Source: Escherichia coli
GTDB lineage: Bacteria > Pseudomonadota > Gammaproteobacteria > Enterobacterales > Enterobacteriaceae
Assembly: GCA_029351405.1 (NCBI GenBank)
Contig: GCA_029351405.1_4841.1
Reading direction: 5' to 3' (one strand)
DNA: 64,000 bases
Below are positions 35,659 through 45,556 of the stretch, one piece after another. Every line of letters begins with the position of its first letter. Position 1 is the first letter of the stretch. The position numbers and the translations under genes are program-made. The notes beneath the pieces were generated by a model. That model had not been told where the DNA came from. It made no database searches and was given only the letters and a program-made list of their open reading frames with translations.

Positions 35659-35973
35659 ATGACCCCATTAAAAGAAATGTATGAGCGCCTGTCTGAACTA
35701 CAGGCGAAGGAAAAGCGCTTCTCAGAAGAAGAGACAGAGCTGTCCGAGCTGAACAACCTGATCGCCACTCGTGAGAAGTACCTGCAGCGCTACATTAATC
35801 ACCCGCCGCGCATGGTAGACCGCGTCAGCACTATCATGGACCTGGATGAAGTTACTCCTGGCAAAGAAATCATTGTCAGGGAAGTCCACCAGATGGTCGC
35901 CATGGGTCAGATCTTTGGTCGTGCAGACCAAGACGACATGATCTTCCTCCTTGAAAAGAAACTGGTGATGTGA
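35659..35973 (+). CDS. hypothetical protein (104 aa)
   Basis: GAGGAA RBS; stop overlaps the cd start. Confidence 0.45.
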   Translation: MTPLKEMYERLSELQAKEKRFSEEETELSELNNLIATREKYLQRYINHPPRMVDRVSTIMDLDEVTPGKEIIVREVHQMVAMGQIFGRADQDDMIFLLEKKLVM

Positions 35974-36479
35974 TGGCTATCAAACCCCGTATGTTGTTTG
36001 CGCATATGCGCTCGGCTCATGCATACGCTCTGTCCAGCTATGCACAGCGCCTGAAGGTCGGCTGTGTTATCGTTGACCCGCGTGTTGACCAGCCCCTGTC
36101 TATCGGTTGGAACGGGACTGCTCCTGGCGCTCCTAATGTCTGTGAGAAGGAAGTAGACGGTCAACTGGTATCGGTGGGTGTTATCCACGCCGAGGAGAAT
36201 GCTCTGAGCAAACTCCCCCAGCACACTGAAGACTGTTGTGGCCTGGTGATGTTTGTCACTCATAGCCCATGCCCAGAGTGCACCCGTCGTATTATCGACA
36301 GTGGCAAGATCGCTAAAGTGTTCTATGACCGACCATATCGTATCATAGACGGTATTATTGAAATGCTGGCTGCTGGAATTGAAGTATATCGCATGGTCGA
36401 TCAGTTTGTTGTAGTCCAGCATTCTGTGAAGAACGGCGAACTGGTATCCACCCCTGTTTTAGTGAACCCTGACAAATAA
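35970..36479 (+). CDS. cd: deoxycytidylate (dCMP) deaminase
   Basis: 169 aa; zinc-binding motifs HAEENA and PCPEC of the cytidine/deoxycytidylate deaminase family. Confidence 0.8.
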   Translation: MMAIKPRMLFAHMRSAHAYALSSYAQRLKVGCVIVDPRVDQPLSIGWNGTAPGAPNVCEKEVDGQLVSVGVIHAEENALSKLPQHTEDCCGLVMFVTHSPCPECTRRIIDSGKIAKVFYDRPYRIIDGIIEMLAAGIEVYRMVDQFVVVQHSVKNGELVSTPVLVNPDK

Positions 36480-36489
36480 GGAATTTATC

Positions 36490-36897
36490 ATGCGTTATGT
36501 AGATCGTATGCTCGGCAAAGACGAGCACGTTATTGCCTTCACCCGCCCGACTTGGTGGAGCGGTTTTTGGATTTACGTTCTGGTTATTTTAACGTTTATC
36601 CCAACATTTGGATTCAGCTTGTTATTTCTGATACCAACAATTTTAAATGTATTGACAACTGAATTCGCTGTGACTAACAAGCGCGTCATCGTCAAACGTG
36701 GTTTCATCCGTCGTGATGCTGATGAGTTGCGCATTGGTAAGGTGGAGACAGTGAAGGTTGATCAGTCCATCACAGGCCGCATCTTGGGCTTCTCAACAAT
36801 CAGCGTGATCGGTACGGGTGGCACCCGCCTGCTGGCCAAGGGTTGTGCTGGTGGTAATGCTTTCCGTCAGAAGATCTACGATCACCTAGAAGACTGA
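36490..36897 (+). CDS. membrane protein with bacterial PH-like domain (bPH_2/DUF304-like)
   Basis: 135 aa; two N-terminal TM helices followed by TNKRVIVKRGFIRR...VETVKVDQSITGRILGF. Confidence 0.5.
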   Translation: MRYVDRMLGKDEHVIAFTRPTWWSGFWIYVLVILTFIPTFGFSLLFLIPTILNVLTTEFAVTNKRVIVKRGFIRRDADELRIGKVETVKVDQSITGRILGFSTISVIGTGGTRLLAKGCAGGNAFRQKIYDHLED

Positions 36898-36899
36898 TC

Positions 36900-37112
36900 A
36901 TGATCATTTCAGGTTACACTATCGATCTTTATTGTGAATGCTCAGATTGCAAGGCATGCAGTTGGGCTTGGGAAGAGCATCACCCCAAGTGCGGGTTCAA
37001 ACAATACACTGGTGAGACTTGGGGTGAGTGTGTCAAACAGGCGCGAGCAGACGGCTGGCAAATTGGGCGCGACAGGCATACCTGTTACGCCCCTGGCCAC
37101 AAGAGAAGTTAA
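36900..37112 (+). CDS. small Cys-rich protein (70 aa)
   Basis: Seven Cys and several His in 70 residues (CECSDCKAC...HPKCG...CYAPGH). Confidence 0.4.
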   Translation: MIISGYTIDLYCECSDCKACSWAWEEHHPKCGFKQYTGETWGECVKQARADGWQIGRDRHTCYAPGHKRS

Positions 37113-37723
37113 GGTAAGAGTAGTCCATCATCCCGCTCCGTTGGGGCGGGTTTAATCTCCTTCCGCATCTGTTCCTTCAGCACCCTGACACGTTCGGCAT
37201 GTCGGCGATCTTGCATCTCCATATCCCGTTTCTTTTTCGACTTCAATTCGAACTGTTTACGAACATCCGGATCTTCACCTGGAACAAGATGCTCTTCAGT
37301 CCAGATAATGAACTTCCAGTTCTTCTTGGCACACAGTTCGCGGGTGGCCTCCCACTTGGCAGAATTGACCAACCAGGTTCGCATCGCATTGTTGAATGTC
37401 GACTCCTTCATGTTCGGAGTCTTCTTCGGCTGCTTGATCTGGTCTTTGGGCTTGATCTCAATGAGGGTGACCTGTAGTTCATCTTGCCCTTCACGGCGCG
37501 TCCAGACCTTGAGGTCCATGAAGTAACGATGGGTGCGCCCGTCGACTGGGGAAATGTAAGGGATTACGGTCTCCTCACTAGACCACTTCACTATCGCGGA
37601 GTTCATATCACAGAACTTGAAAGCCACCAACTCCAGCGAAGAGCGGAAGATGATGTTATTCACATTCCCCTGATACTTCTTGGGATTAACTGGGGTGTAC
37701 TTCCCCTGAAGATAGTTGCTCAT
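37109..37723 (-). CDS. putative head completion protein (T4 gp4-like)
   Basis: 204 aa; KYTPVNPKKYQGNVNNIIFRSS...KWSSEETVIPYISPVDGRTHRYFMD recalled as gp4-family-like; divergent from the downstream baseplate genes as in T4. Confidence 0.4.
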   Translation of the reverse strand: MSNYLQGKYTPVNPKKYQGNVNNIIFRSSLELVAFKFCDMNSAIVKWSSEETVIPYISPVDGRTHRYFMDLKVWTRREGQDELQVTLIEIKPKDQIKQPKKTPNMKESTFNNAMRTWLVNSAKWEATRELCAKKNWKFIIWTEEHLVPGEDPDVRKQFELKSKKKRDMEMQDRRHAERVRVLKEQMRKEIKPAPTERDDGLLLP

Positions 37724-37773
37724 AATCTAGTCCTAAATAGCCATAACACTCTATCTATTTAAGGGCTGAGACC

Positions 37774-38742
37774 ATGGCCGACTTCAAGAAGACAATCGAT
37801 AAGATCAAGGTTCTGAACACGAAGGGATTGTCCCAGGCTCAGAAGCAATTGTCTTATCCCCTGGACGTTACTGGGGGTAAAACCTTGGGACACTATGTCC
37901 TATTCAACATCAACCGCATCTCCGGTTCATCTTATGGCAACACGGCTACTCAGACTATCGAGAACCCAATACAGAACCCTCTGGGGAATACTCCTGTGGT
38001 CTATGGGTCCAAGTCTGGTTCCATCACCAAATATGCATGGGCGCGTCACGTTCGTTCAAACGAATCTATTGTTCTGTGTATGCCGGAGTCCATTACAACC
38101 AACTATGGCGTTGGCTGGAACGGTAGCGAGCTGGGGCTGGCTGGTATGGGGGCACAGTTCCTTTCCCGCGCCGCCCAAGACATGACTCAGTTTAAACTGG
38201 GTGATGCGCTCAACGTCGGGAAGGAGATGGGGAGATTCGCTGCCACCAAGGCTATCCAATCTGCGTCGGAGGCTATTCCATTCCTGCCGAGCATTAACGC
38301 CCATGACACCCTTGAGTTGTTCACAGGCACCATGACCAACCCATATGTGGAGATGATCTTCCAGGGTGTACGCAACCGTGAGATTCCATTTACATTCAAA
38401 TTCACGCCGCGATCTCAGAAGGAAGCCAAGATGGTCCGTGAGATCATCCGCATGTTCAAGATGCACATGTACCCAGAGTACAAGTACAACAAGAACTCCA
38501 GTGCCTTCTATCTGCATCCATCGACCTTTGATATCACGTTCATGGTCAATGGTGAGCGTAACCAATGGCTCCACCGCATCTCCACCTGCGTGCTGTCCAA
38601 CATGTTCGTCAACGAAACGCCGGACAGTTCATATGCAGTACACAAGGATGATGGGATCGTATCTACACAGGTTGACATGACCTTCATCGAACTGGAGCCT
38701 CTGCATAAAGGGCGCTTTGAAACCGAAGGCGATAGCTTCTAA
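37774..38742 (+). CDS. baseplate tail-tube junction protein (gp48/gp54-like)
   Basis: 322 aa; size and beta-rich composition fit the gp48/gp54 tube-like family; position next to hub genes. Confidence 0.4.
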   Translation: MADFKKTIDKIKVLNTKGLSQAQKQLSYPLDVTGGKTLGHYVLFNINRISGSSYGNTATQTIENPIQNPLGNTPVVYGSKSGSITKYAWARHVRSNESIVLCMPESITTNYGVGWNGSELGLAGMGAQFLSRAAQDMTQFKLGDALNVGKEMGRFAATKAIQSASEAIPFLPSINAHDTLELFTGTMTNPYVEMIFQGVRNREIPFTFKFTPRSQKEAKMVREIIRMFKMHMYPEYKYNKNSSAFYLHPSTFDITFMVNGERNQWLHRISTCVLSNMFVNETPDSSYAVHKDDGIVSTQVDMTFIELEPLHKGRFETEGDSF

Positions 38743-38753
38743 GAGAGGATGCC

Positions 38754-39308
38754 ATGAAATATTTTGAGAAGTTTCCACTTGTTTGGCATCAATTGCAAGA
38801 TGTCCAAGAGAATGATCAGGTGCTGTTACAGAACTTAACGCGCCGGGTGATGATCTTACAGAAAATTAAGGACATCGAAGGGCTTCTCCTGCCGTATACG
38901 ATCCAAGAGGGGGAAACCCCAAGGTCTTTCGCGGAACGCGTTTACGGATCCTTCGAGTTGTTTTGGATACCTTGTCTGATAAATGGCATCATGGACATCA
39001 ATAAGGACTGGCCGAAACCGGAACGCCGTATTATTGAAGAACTGACTGCAGATTATGGCATCGATGGTATGTGGGATACAGCCTATTATGTCGACCAGTT
39101 CAACAATGTGACCGACGCCCGTGCTATCAAATTTGCATATAACCTAGACCTGGATGAGCCGTCCATAATTGCTAACTATGGCCTGACGGCAGTTTCATAC
39201 CATGATGATGCAATCAGTAAGAATGAAGCCAAACGGAACATCCAAGTACTCGACCCAGATTATGTGTCTTCGTTTGTCAATCAGCTGGAGCAGGAGTTGG
39301 CGAAATGA
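38754..39308 (+). CDS. LysM-like domain baseplate protein (gp53-like)
   Basis: 184 aa; PYTIQEGETPRSFAERVYGSFELFWIPCLINGI resembles a LysM fold motif. Confidence 0.4.
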   Translation: MKYFEKFPLVWHQLQDVQENDQVLLQNLTRRVMILQKIKDIEGLLLPYTIQEGETPRSFAERVYGSFELFWIPCLINGIMDINKDWPKPERRIIEELTADYGIDGMWDTAYYVDQFNNVTDARAIKFAYNLDLDEPSIIANYGLTAVSYHDDAISKNEAKRNIQVLDPDYVSSFVNQLEQELAK

Positions 39309-40693
39309 TCGAAAACAGAGAGACCCAAGACGGTATTGTAACACCGTCAACAACATTTGACCTGAAGTATATGGCGATCCTCCCTCATACACCCCAGGGT
39401 GGATCACCAACGCCATATGACCTGACGGCGTTGTTTGAGGAGTTCAACGTCTTCCAGGATCTGGGTCTTGAAGGGAAGTCATCTCCATCACTTACAGCCA
39501 ATGTCTTGATAAAAGAGGGGTGGGACATTCTTGACACAATGCCTATCTTGGGTGGTGAAGAAGTTGTGGTGTCATTCAAGAGTCCGGCGGCCTCGGAATA
39601 CACCACTCTCTCCCTGCGCGTAGCGCGTGTTGGGCGCGTAGCTGATGAGTCCAACAGCTCGTCCAAGAAAGCATTCTGGTTGCACATGGTGACCACCGAT
39701 GCCTATAAGGACAGCATGATCCGCTGCTCCCTCGGTCTTGACGGTTCGTATTCTGACATGGCAAAGGTAATCTTCAATCAGCTGGAGTCGCGCACCAAGT
39801 TCGAAGACATCGACCCGTCGTATGGTATTCAAGAGCGGTTCGCCACCCCGCTCTGGCCTGTGCTGCGATCTATTGATTATATGGCGAGCCGTTCTTATGA
39901 CGAATTGTTCATGCCATTCGTGTTCTATGAAGACTTCAATGGCTATCACTTCAAGAGCCTGACGACGTTGTTCAACCAGGGCAGCCAGTCATTGACAGCA
40001 GAAGAGAAGCAGGAACTAGCTCAGCAGAACAAGTTGTTCCGTGATCCTCAGGACGCGCCGCTCATGCAGGATAACAACTTCAACTCTGAGCGCTTTATGC
40101 GCACGATCATCAAGGCAGAGAAGAAGCTGGCGCGTGACCAGTTCATGGCAAATTACCGTGACGTCCTGGCGGTGAACGAGCGTGTCTACGACTTTGAGAC
40201 CAAGACAGTCACCCCAACACAGCGCATCTATACTGAGTGGTTTGCAGAGACGGCTCACCTTGATCCGTTCCCGATGTTCTCAGATGAATTCAATCGTCAG
40301 AACGTCCGTTACATTGAAGCCCAGCCGGATGGAGCGGAGCAGATTGATTATGCTCGTCGTGTTATCAACTTCAGTCTTGCCAGCACTGTGATGCGCGTGT
40401 TGCTCGTTGGTGATAACCGCCTGAACGTCGGTCAGGTGTTCTACGTCGAAGACCAGTCCAACCGTCCTAAGAAGAACGAAAACCTGGCAGAGTTAAGTAA
40501 GCTATCGACAGGCCACTATATCGTGACCAAAGTGCGTCACAAAATTTCCCGCCTGACCAAAGATTATCAGTGCATCGCTGAGATTGCCAAGGACAGTTTG
40601 CTGGAGCAGGTGCTTCCACCTCAGACCAATCAGACAACTGCTTCCACCACTACTCCTCAGGCGATTGAGAAAGGCCAAGCACAGAAGGTTTAA
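39305..40693 (+). CDS. baseplate hub protein (gp27 / gpD-like)
   Basis: 462 aa; C-terminal GHYIVTKVRHKISRLTKDYQCIAEIA resembles the conserved gpD/VgrG-core motif. Confidence 0.45.
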   Translation: MIENRETQDGIVTPSTTFDLKYMAILPHTPQGGSPTPYDLTALFEEFNVFQDLGLEGKSSPSLTANVLIKEGWDILDTMPILGGEEVVVSFKSPAASEYTTLSLRVARVGRVADESNSSSKKAFWLHMVTTDAYKDSMIRCSLGLDGSYSDMAKVIFNQLESRTKFEDIDPSYGIQERFATPLWPVLRSIDYMASRSYDELFMPFVFYEDFNGYHFKSLTTLFNQGSQSLTAEEKQELAQQNKLFRDPQDAPLMQDNNFNSERFMRTIIKAEKKLARDQFMANYRDVLAVNERVYDFETKTVTPTQRIYTEWFAETAHLDPFPMFSDEFNRQNVRYIEAQPDGAEQIDYARRVINFSLASTVMRVLLVGDNRLNVGQVFYVEDQSNRPKKNENLAELSKLSTGHYIVTKVRHKISRLTKDYQCIAEIAKDSLLEQVLPPQTNQTTASTTTPQAIEKGQAQKV

Positions 40694-40704
40694 CGAGGTG
40701 ACCC

Positions 40705-42651
40705 ATGGCACAGGAAGCAACGAACAATGATGTTGTCAAAGTTCTAGACAAGATCAAGGCGGAGATGATGCAGCGCAAACAACTCCGCGCTCAGAATGAA
40801 ACCAACAGACAGCTTGATCGGATGAACAAGAATCTGGCCAAGCTGGAATCTGCCACTAAACAGGACACCAAGGCCGAGTCCAAGCCATTTGAAATCCGTA
40901 TCCCGACAGTCAATGAGATCGTCATGGGATTCGCTCGCATGTCTCCGATCTTCACCCGCGACTTCAGCGTATGGATGAAGGATACTGTCGATGTGGGTAA
41001 CGAAGGCAATCGGGAACTGGAGAATATCACAGGCAAGATTGACCGCCTCGGTGAGATCACCCGCATGCCAACAGATGACACGTCCCTGGAGTATCTTAAC
41101 CTGATCTCAGACCAGCTGAAGTCTGCCAATGATGACACCCTCAAGCGCATGGACGAGCAGAGTGTGTCTCTGGTCCGCGTGGGATCATTCTTGAACATGA
41201 TCGACGGAGTGATGATCGAGGTTCGTGACGATGTTGCTGAACTGAAAAGGAACTCCGATGACACCCTTACTCGCTTGTCTAGCATTGAAAACAAGATTGG
41301 GCGCACGGGCGGTCATATCGTTGGAGTTCTGACACGCATCTTTGATGAAGACCAGAAGTGGCGTGAGAAGGACGAGATGCGCCGTGGGGAAACCGACAAA
41401 GAAACGGGTGGTCATCCTCAGGCGGGTTCTGTTATACCCAAAGACGATGACCAGAAAGACGATTCCTCCGGTATCGGGGCGGCGGTGGCGGCCATGCTTG
41501 GCCTGAATGCACTGAAGGGCTTCTTGCTCAAGCCGTTCAAGATCATCGGTGGTGTTGTCGGGACTTTCCTCGGCATGTTCTCCAAGCTGGGAGAAGGTAT
41601 CACCAAACTTCTGGGTCCATTTGGGAAGGTGTTCAAGTTCCTGAAAGTCGGCCCACTGGCTCTCCTGTCTATGATCTGGGACTTCGGTAAAGGCTTCATT
41701 GATGCGAAGGAGATCCTGGGTAAAGGTGCTGTCACGATAGTTGACCGAGTACGGGCGGGGATATCAGAACTGGTTGGTGGATTTGGTGATCTATTTGACT
41801 GGGTGTCCAAGATCTTTGGCTTTGATACCAAAGCGGGTGAAACCCTGCGCAAATACACCCTCATGATCACTGAGGCTCCCGCTCGTTGGCTGAATGGTAT
41901 TATCGACTGGATTAGCAACGACTTGTTTGCAGGGATCGGGAGAGACACGTCTCTTACGGATATCCCTGGCAAGTTAGCAGACAACCTACAGTCCGAGTTG
42001 ATGAAGCTGGTAGACTGGATCACAGGGGGTATCAGTAGTGTGATCGACGAGGGCATGGGTGTGGCCAACAAGGTTATTGACGAAATCAAGAAGGGATTTG
42101 CCGAAAATGTGAAGAAACCTTTCTTCAACATGCTGAACACAATCACTAATGCGATGTTCGATATCGTTGACAAGTTCGTCAGCATCATCCCTGACGCTCT
42201 GGGTGGACAGGCTGCGAAGCAGAAGATGGATGAGGCTCGCCAGTCTATGCTGATTGACACTGATGGGAATCCGTCTCCTAATGTGACAGAGACCCAGCAG
42301 CCACAGACGCCAGCACAACCGAACATTGATACACAAACGCTGACTCCAATACCTTCTGGTGTGTCTTCAGATTACAAGAATATGACTAATGACCGCACCT
42401 CTCAGCTGAAAGCTGCGTATGGTTCTATCGGGGGTGGTACTCTGGGCGGGGCCATGCCATCACAAGGGAGGGCGCTGTCTAATATCGAGCAAGTACAAGG
42501 CGGCTATTCACCGCCTCCAGCCAGCGTCGTGATGCCAGTACAGCAGAATGTGGATGCTTCTAAGAGGATCAACACGACCAATAACTTCAACAGCTCATCT
42601 CTTGAGCCTGAGAACAAAACAGATAATTCCCGCATCCTGTGGGAATGGTAA
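40705..42651 (+). CDS. tail tube length tape-measure-like protein (gp29-like)
   Basis: 648 aa; N-terminal coiled-coil, central Gly-rich hydrophobic segments (GGVVGTFLGMFSKLGEG...) and polar C-terminus. Confidence 0.45.
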   Translation: MAQEATNNDVVKVLDKIKAEMMQRKQLRAQNETNRQLDRMNKNLAKLESATKQDTKAESKPFEIRIPTVNEIVMGFARMSPIFTRDFSVWMKDTVDVGNEGNRELENITGKIDRLGEITRMPTDDTSLEYLNLISDQLKSANDDTLKRMDEQSVSLVRVGSFLNMIDGVMIEVRDDVAELKRNSDDTLTRLSSIENKIGRTGGHIVGVLTRIFDEDQKWREKDEMRRGETDKETGGHPQAGSVIPKDDDQKDDSSGIGAAVAAMLGLNALKGFLLKPFKIIGGVVGTFLGMFSKLGEGITKLLGPFGKVFKFLKVGPLALLSMIWDFGKGFIDAKEILGKGAVTIVDRVRAGISELVGGFGDLFDWVSKIFGFDTKAGETLRKYTLMITEAPARWLNGIIDWISNDLFAGIGRDTSLTDIPGKLADNLQSELMKLVDWITGGISSVIDEGMGVANKVIDEIKKGFAENVKKPFFNMLNTITNAMFDIVDKFVSIIPDALGGQAAKQKMDEARQSMLIDTDGNPSPNVTETQQPQTPAQPNIDTQTLTPIPSGVSSDYKNMTNDRTSQLKAAYGSIGGGTLGGAMPSQGRALSNIEQVQGGYSPPPASVVMPVQQNVDASKRINTTNNFNSSSLEPENKTDNSRILWEW

Positions 42652-43311
42652 TCAGATTCCGTGGGCTTGTATTAGCTCACGGAGTCTCTGTTTTGAATAT
42701 GTGGTATCCTCATCCGGAACCACAGCATTCGTCTTCCTGAGCAAGAACGCCTCTGAGTTCCAGTAGATGTCATCACGCAGAATCGTATCGTATAGATGAA
42801 TGAAACCAACGATCTTGTTCAGACCGACAAGGAACCAAATCGGGAACTTCTTGATGATGATGTCTGTCAGCAACGGTGGATGGCCTGTACCCGTCCCCTT
42901 GATGTACTCAATGAAGGTGCAGTTGCGCTCCCTTATGGCAGGAATCATCTCCCGCTCGAACTCCTCAAGGAAGTTATATGTGAAGTTCTCGTACAGCTTA
43001 CGGTATTCATCATAATTGGCCTGAGCCTGGCGTGTAAGCAATGTCGTCACCCAGGTCTTGGGTGATTTGATGAAGTTGGCAATGATGTAGTTCTCTACCA
43101 CTTCACCCTGTGTTGACTCGAACCGACGGGCAAGGCGAGCAAACTGTTTGCACACGGCCTCCTTCGCCAAGAACGTCTCGAACTTGTAATTCATCGGTCC
43201 ATACAAGCTGTAATCGAAGTCCTTAGTGGTGAAGTGCAGCTTGATCGCCATGAAGACACAGTAAACGTTGAACGCTCGCTCGAACTCCATCTTCTGCCAC
43301 TCTGTTAGCAT
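42652..43311 (-). CDS. 59: helicase loading protein (T4 gp59-like)
   Basis: 219 aa; N-terminal VYCVFMAIKLHFTTKDFDY follows the gp59 pattern VYKLYLMIKQHMNGKYD; stop abuts the convergent plus-strand gene. Confidence 0.6.
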   Translation of the reverse strand: MLTEWQKMEFERAFNVYCVFMAIKLHFTTKDFDYSLYGPMNYKFETFLAKEAVCKQFARLARRFESTQGEVVENYIIANFIKSPKTWVTTLLTRQAQANYDEYRKLYENFTYNFLEEFEREMIPAIRERNCTFIEYIKGTGTGHPPLLTDIIIKKFPIWFLVGLNKIVGFIHLYDTILRDDIYWNSEAFLLRKTNAVVPDEDTTYSKQRLRELIQAHGI

Positions 43312-43559
43312 TTGCGTTCCTCTTCTTTAATAAATTGCAATAACTCTTCCATCAGCCCTTTCTTCTTGATGAACTGTAACACCAGGATGAAGCGACGGAA
43401 GGAGCGGGGGACAACACGATAACCCTTCGCCCAGTAGTTCACAACATTAGAACAATCCAATAAACGAGCCAGCCCAGATTGTGACACCCCGAGGCTCAGC
43501 AGAACCTTGTACATGTACTTCTTGTCATTTACCGGAAGCTCTTTCATTCTTAAACTCAT
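43305..43559 (-). CDS. HTH (XRE/Cro-like) DNA-binding protein
   Basis: 84 aa; LSLGVSQSGLARLLDCSNVVNYWAKG helix-turn-helix. Confidence 0.5.
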   Translation of the reverse strand: MSLRMKELPVNDKKYMYKVLLSLGVSQSGLARLLDCSNVVNYWAKGYRVVPRSFRRFILVLQFIKKKGLMEELLQFIKEEERKC

Positions 43560-43782
43560 GATACTTGTCCGCTAATGTCTTATAATATTTGTTAGGATTA
43601 TACTCCTGTTTGGAATAGTGAAGAGTAAGGGAAGCACTCAGACCTAGGATAATCACGACAACGAGCGCCTTGTGGTTATTGATCTCGGGAATAGCTATCC
43701 ACACCAGCAACAACACAAGCGAGCTGATAATCAAGGACAGCAAGAACGTTAATGTAATCACCAATGCGAATAGCTCGTCCAT
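43525..43782 (-). CDS. small membrane protein (85 aa)
   Basis: Two long hydrophobic helices; overlaps the downstream gene by ~35 nt. Confidence 0.35.
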   Translation of the reverse strand: MDELFALVITLTFLLSLIISSLVLLLVWIAIPEINNHKALVVVIILGLSASLTLHYSKQEYNPNKYYKTLADKYHEFKNERASGK

Positions 43783-43786
43783 CAGA

Positions 43787-44020
43787 TCACACCTCTTTGT
43801 GATTCTTCATCTTGCGAACAGTGCCTACAAACCCAAGATCCTTCCCGCAATGGGTGCAGATAGCGTGGCAAGCATGGTTCTCACGATAGGTGCTGTGTTT
43901 GCAGCGCCATTGCTTGAACGCCGAACGGGCAACTAGGATCACGGCGATCAAGAAGACGATACCGGATATCTGAAGTTCAACCAAGAACTTCGCCCACCAG
44001 AAACTCATATACTCACCCAT
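43787..44020 (-). CDS. small membrane protein with C-terminal CxxC zinc-ribbon-like motif
   Basis: Start set at MGEY (CAT 44018-44020); TM helix then CKHSTYRENHACHAICTHCGK. Confidence 0.4.
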   Translation of the reverse strand: MGEYMSFWWAKFLVELQISGIVFLIAVILVARSAFKQWRCKHSTYRENHACHAICTHCGKDLGFVGTVRKMKNHKEV

Positions 44021-45443
44021 TATCCTTCTCCAACAGGAATGCGATGTTTTCAATGTACGCTTTCTGTATCGCATAGACTTCATCCAGTGTGTTGGCCACT
44101 TTCTTGTCAATGCGGACTTCTACAAGGCGAGGTAGGAACAAAGACTTCATCGCATCATCTGTCTTGTCCTGTACGCCATTGGAGAGCACTGCGGCGATCT
44201 TGCCAATGTAGTCGCCCTGGTTCTCCCACATATGGCGTCTCAGCTCATCTGAGATCCCTGAGACGCCAACAACAAGCAGGCCGTCGGAAGTTTTACAAAT
44301 CAGTGAGCCAAAAGTCTTGGCGTGTTTGCCTTTCTTGTCGGCCTCGTTGAAGCCCACGATTTCAAGGTCACACTCAACCTCCATCTTCAGCTTCAGACCT
44401 TCAGAAGAAGTACCATCTTCCCACGGCATGTCTGCGGCCTTACATATCGTGCCTTCTTCTTTGCGAGCCAGCGCGTCTTTGAAGTGGTCTACGGCTTCGG
44501 CAAATGAGTGAACAACACGAGTTTCCTGAACCTGAACCAGACCGTCGTCTTCATCAAACAGTTGCTGGATGATATCGAAGCGGCGCTCATACGGGGTGTC
44601 CACGCGCTGGGCGTTGAACCAGTTGTCGTACGGGATAACATCCCACACCCGGTAGATCACCCGATAACGATCTTCTAGGGGTTCTCCTGTCTGAATCACG
44701 CTGTTGAGTTTACCGTTACCGACAGCACGAGGCAGGATGGTATTCGACTTGAGGTCAACCACGAGAAGTTCACCATGGAACACACTCTCACCAATCCCCG
44801 CATCGTAGATCAGGTCTTTGAACACCAGTGAAAGGTTATCAACCGAACCACCTGCGATAAGGGAACCGGAGCGAGAGCGAATCTCAGGCTCTTTATTGTA
44901 CCGACATATGATATTGGCGAACATACCGTCTGACTTCAGCTGGCTGTAGACGCCACGCTTGAAGTCCATCTTCTTCAGCAGGTCAATCGTCATGTTGTCA
45001 TAACGATGATACGGAAGAATGTTGATCAGGCGTCCAGTGCCTCCAGCGGCGTTGAATGCAGCGTTGATGCCCTTCTCAGCGATACCCGCCTTGATATCAC
45101 GGTCTAGGATCATCTGAATGAGTTCGTGGTATTGGGGATCCATCTTCAGGGCGACAGAGGCCAACAGGGCGTCAGCCTTTTGGCCACTGACAAGACGCTG
45201 CGCCATCTGGTCGAGGACGTCATAGACTTCGCTGATGTCATCAGTCTTCTCACGGACGAGCATGCGAGGATACGCGCTGAGCTTCAACTCAGTCCGATAG
45301 AACGACGTCATTGGGTCATAGACATACTGCAAGAAGTCTGCCAAGTCTGGGTTGTTCTTGAATGCTTCGGTCAGCACAGCTTTCTTCGCATTGCTGCCTT
45401 TGGTTTCGCGAAGTCGGTGGACTGTTTCAAGGATAGGGATCAT
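44013..45443 (-). CDS. 30: ATP-dependent DNA ligase (T4 gp30-like)
   Basis: 476 aa; adenylation motif LKSDGMFANI (KxDG); C-terminus ENQGDYIGKI...SLFLPRLVEVRIDKKVANTLDEV parallels T4 ligase ENQNYYIGKI...KLFLPIAIRLREDKTKANTFEDV. Confidence 0.85.
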   Translation of the reverse strand: MIPILETVHRLRETKGSNAKKAVLTEAFKNNPDLADFLQYVYDPMTSFYRTELKLSAYPRMLVREKTDDISEVYDVLDQMAQRLVSGQKADALLASVALKMDPQYHELIQMILDRDIKAGIAEKGINAAFNAAGGTGRLINILPYHRYDNMTIDLLKKMDFKRGVYSQLKSDGMFANIICRYNKEPEIRSRSGSLIAGGSVDNLSLVFKDLIYDAGIGESVFHGELLVVDLKSNTILPRAVGNGKLNSVIQTGEPLEDRYRVIYRVWDVIPYDNWFNAQRVDTPYERRFDIIQQLFDEDDGLVQVQETRVVHSFAEAVDHFKDALARKEEGTICKAADMPWEDGTSSEGLKLKMEVECDLEIVGFNEADKKGKHAKTFGSLICKTSDGLLVVGVSGISDELRRHMWENQGDYIGKIAAVLSNGVQDKTDDAMKSLFLPRLVEVRIDKKVANTLDEVYAIQKAYIENIAFLLEKDNG

Positions 45444-45556
45444 GTGGTGTCTCCAGGGTTATATGTGCTGCTATTATAACCCTGGGGACTTCAATAGATT
45501 ATTGGCGGGTGTGGGATTTTGCCTGGCCGATAATGAGGTTAGTGTGTAATCTTCAG

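Noticed and set aside
41418-42326. 302-aa antisense ORF inside the tape-measure-like gene
   Set aside because: Embedded opposite a long coherent gene; low-complexity Ser/Pro-rich translation consistent with an antisense artefact.
37774-42651. Exact one-to-one assignment of the four structural genes to T4 gp48, gp53, gp27 and gp29
   Set aside because: Gene order differs from T4 and the assignments rest on remembered family motifs only; kept as family-level, low-confidence calls.
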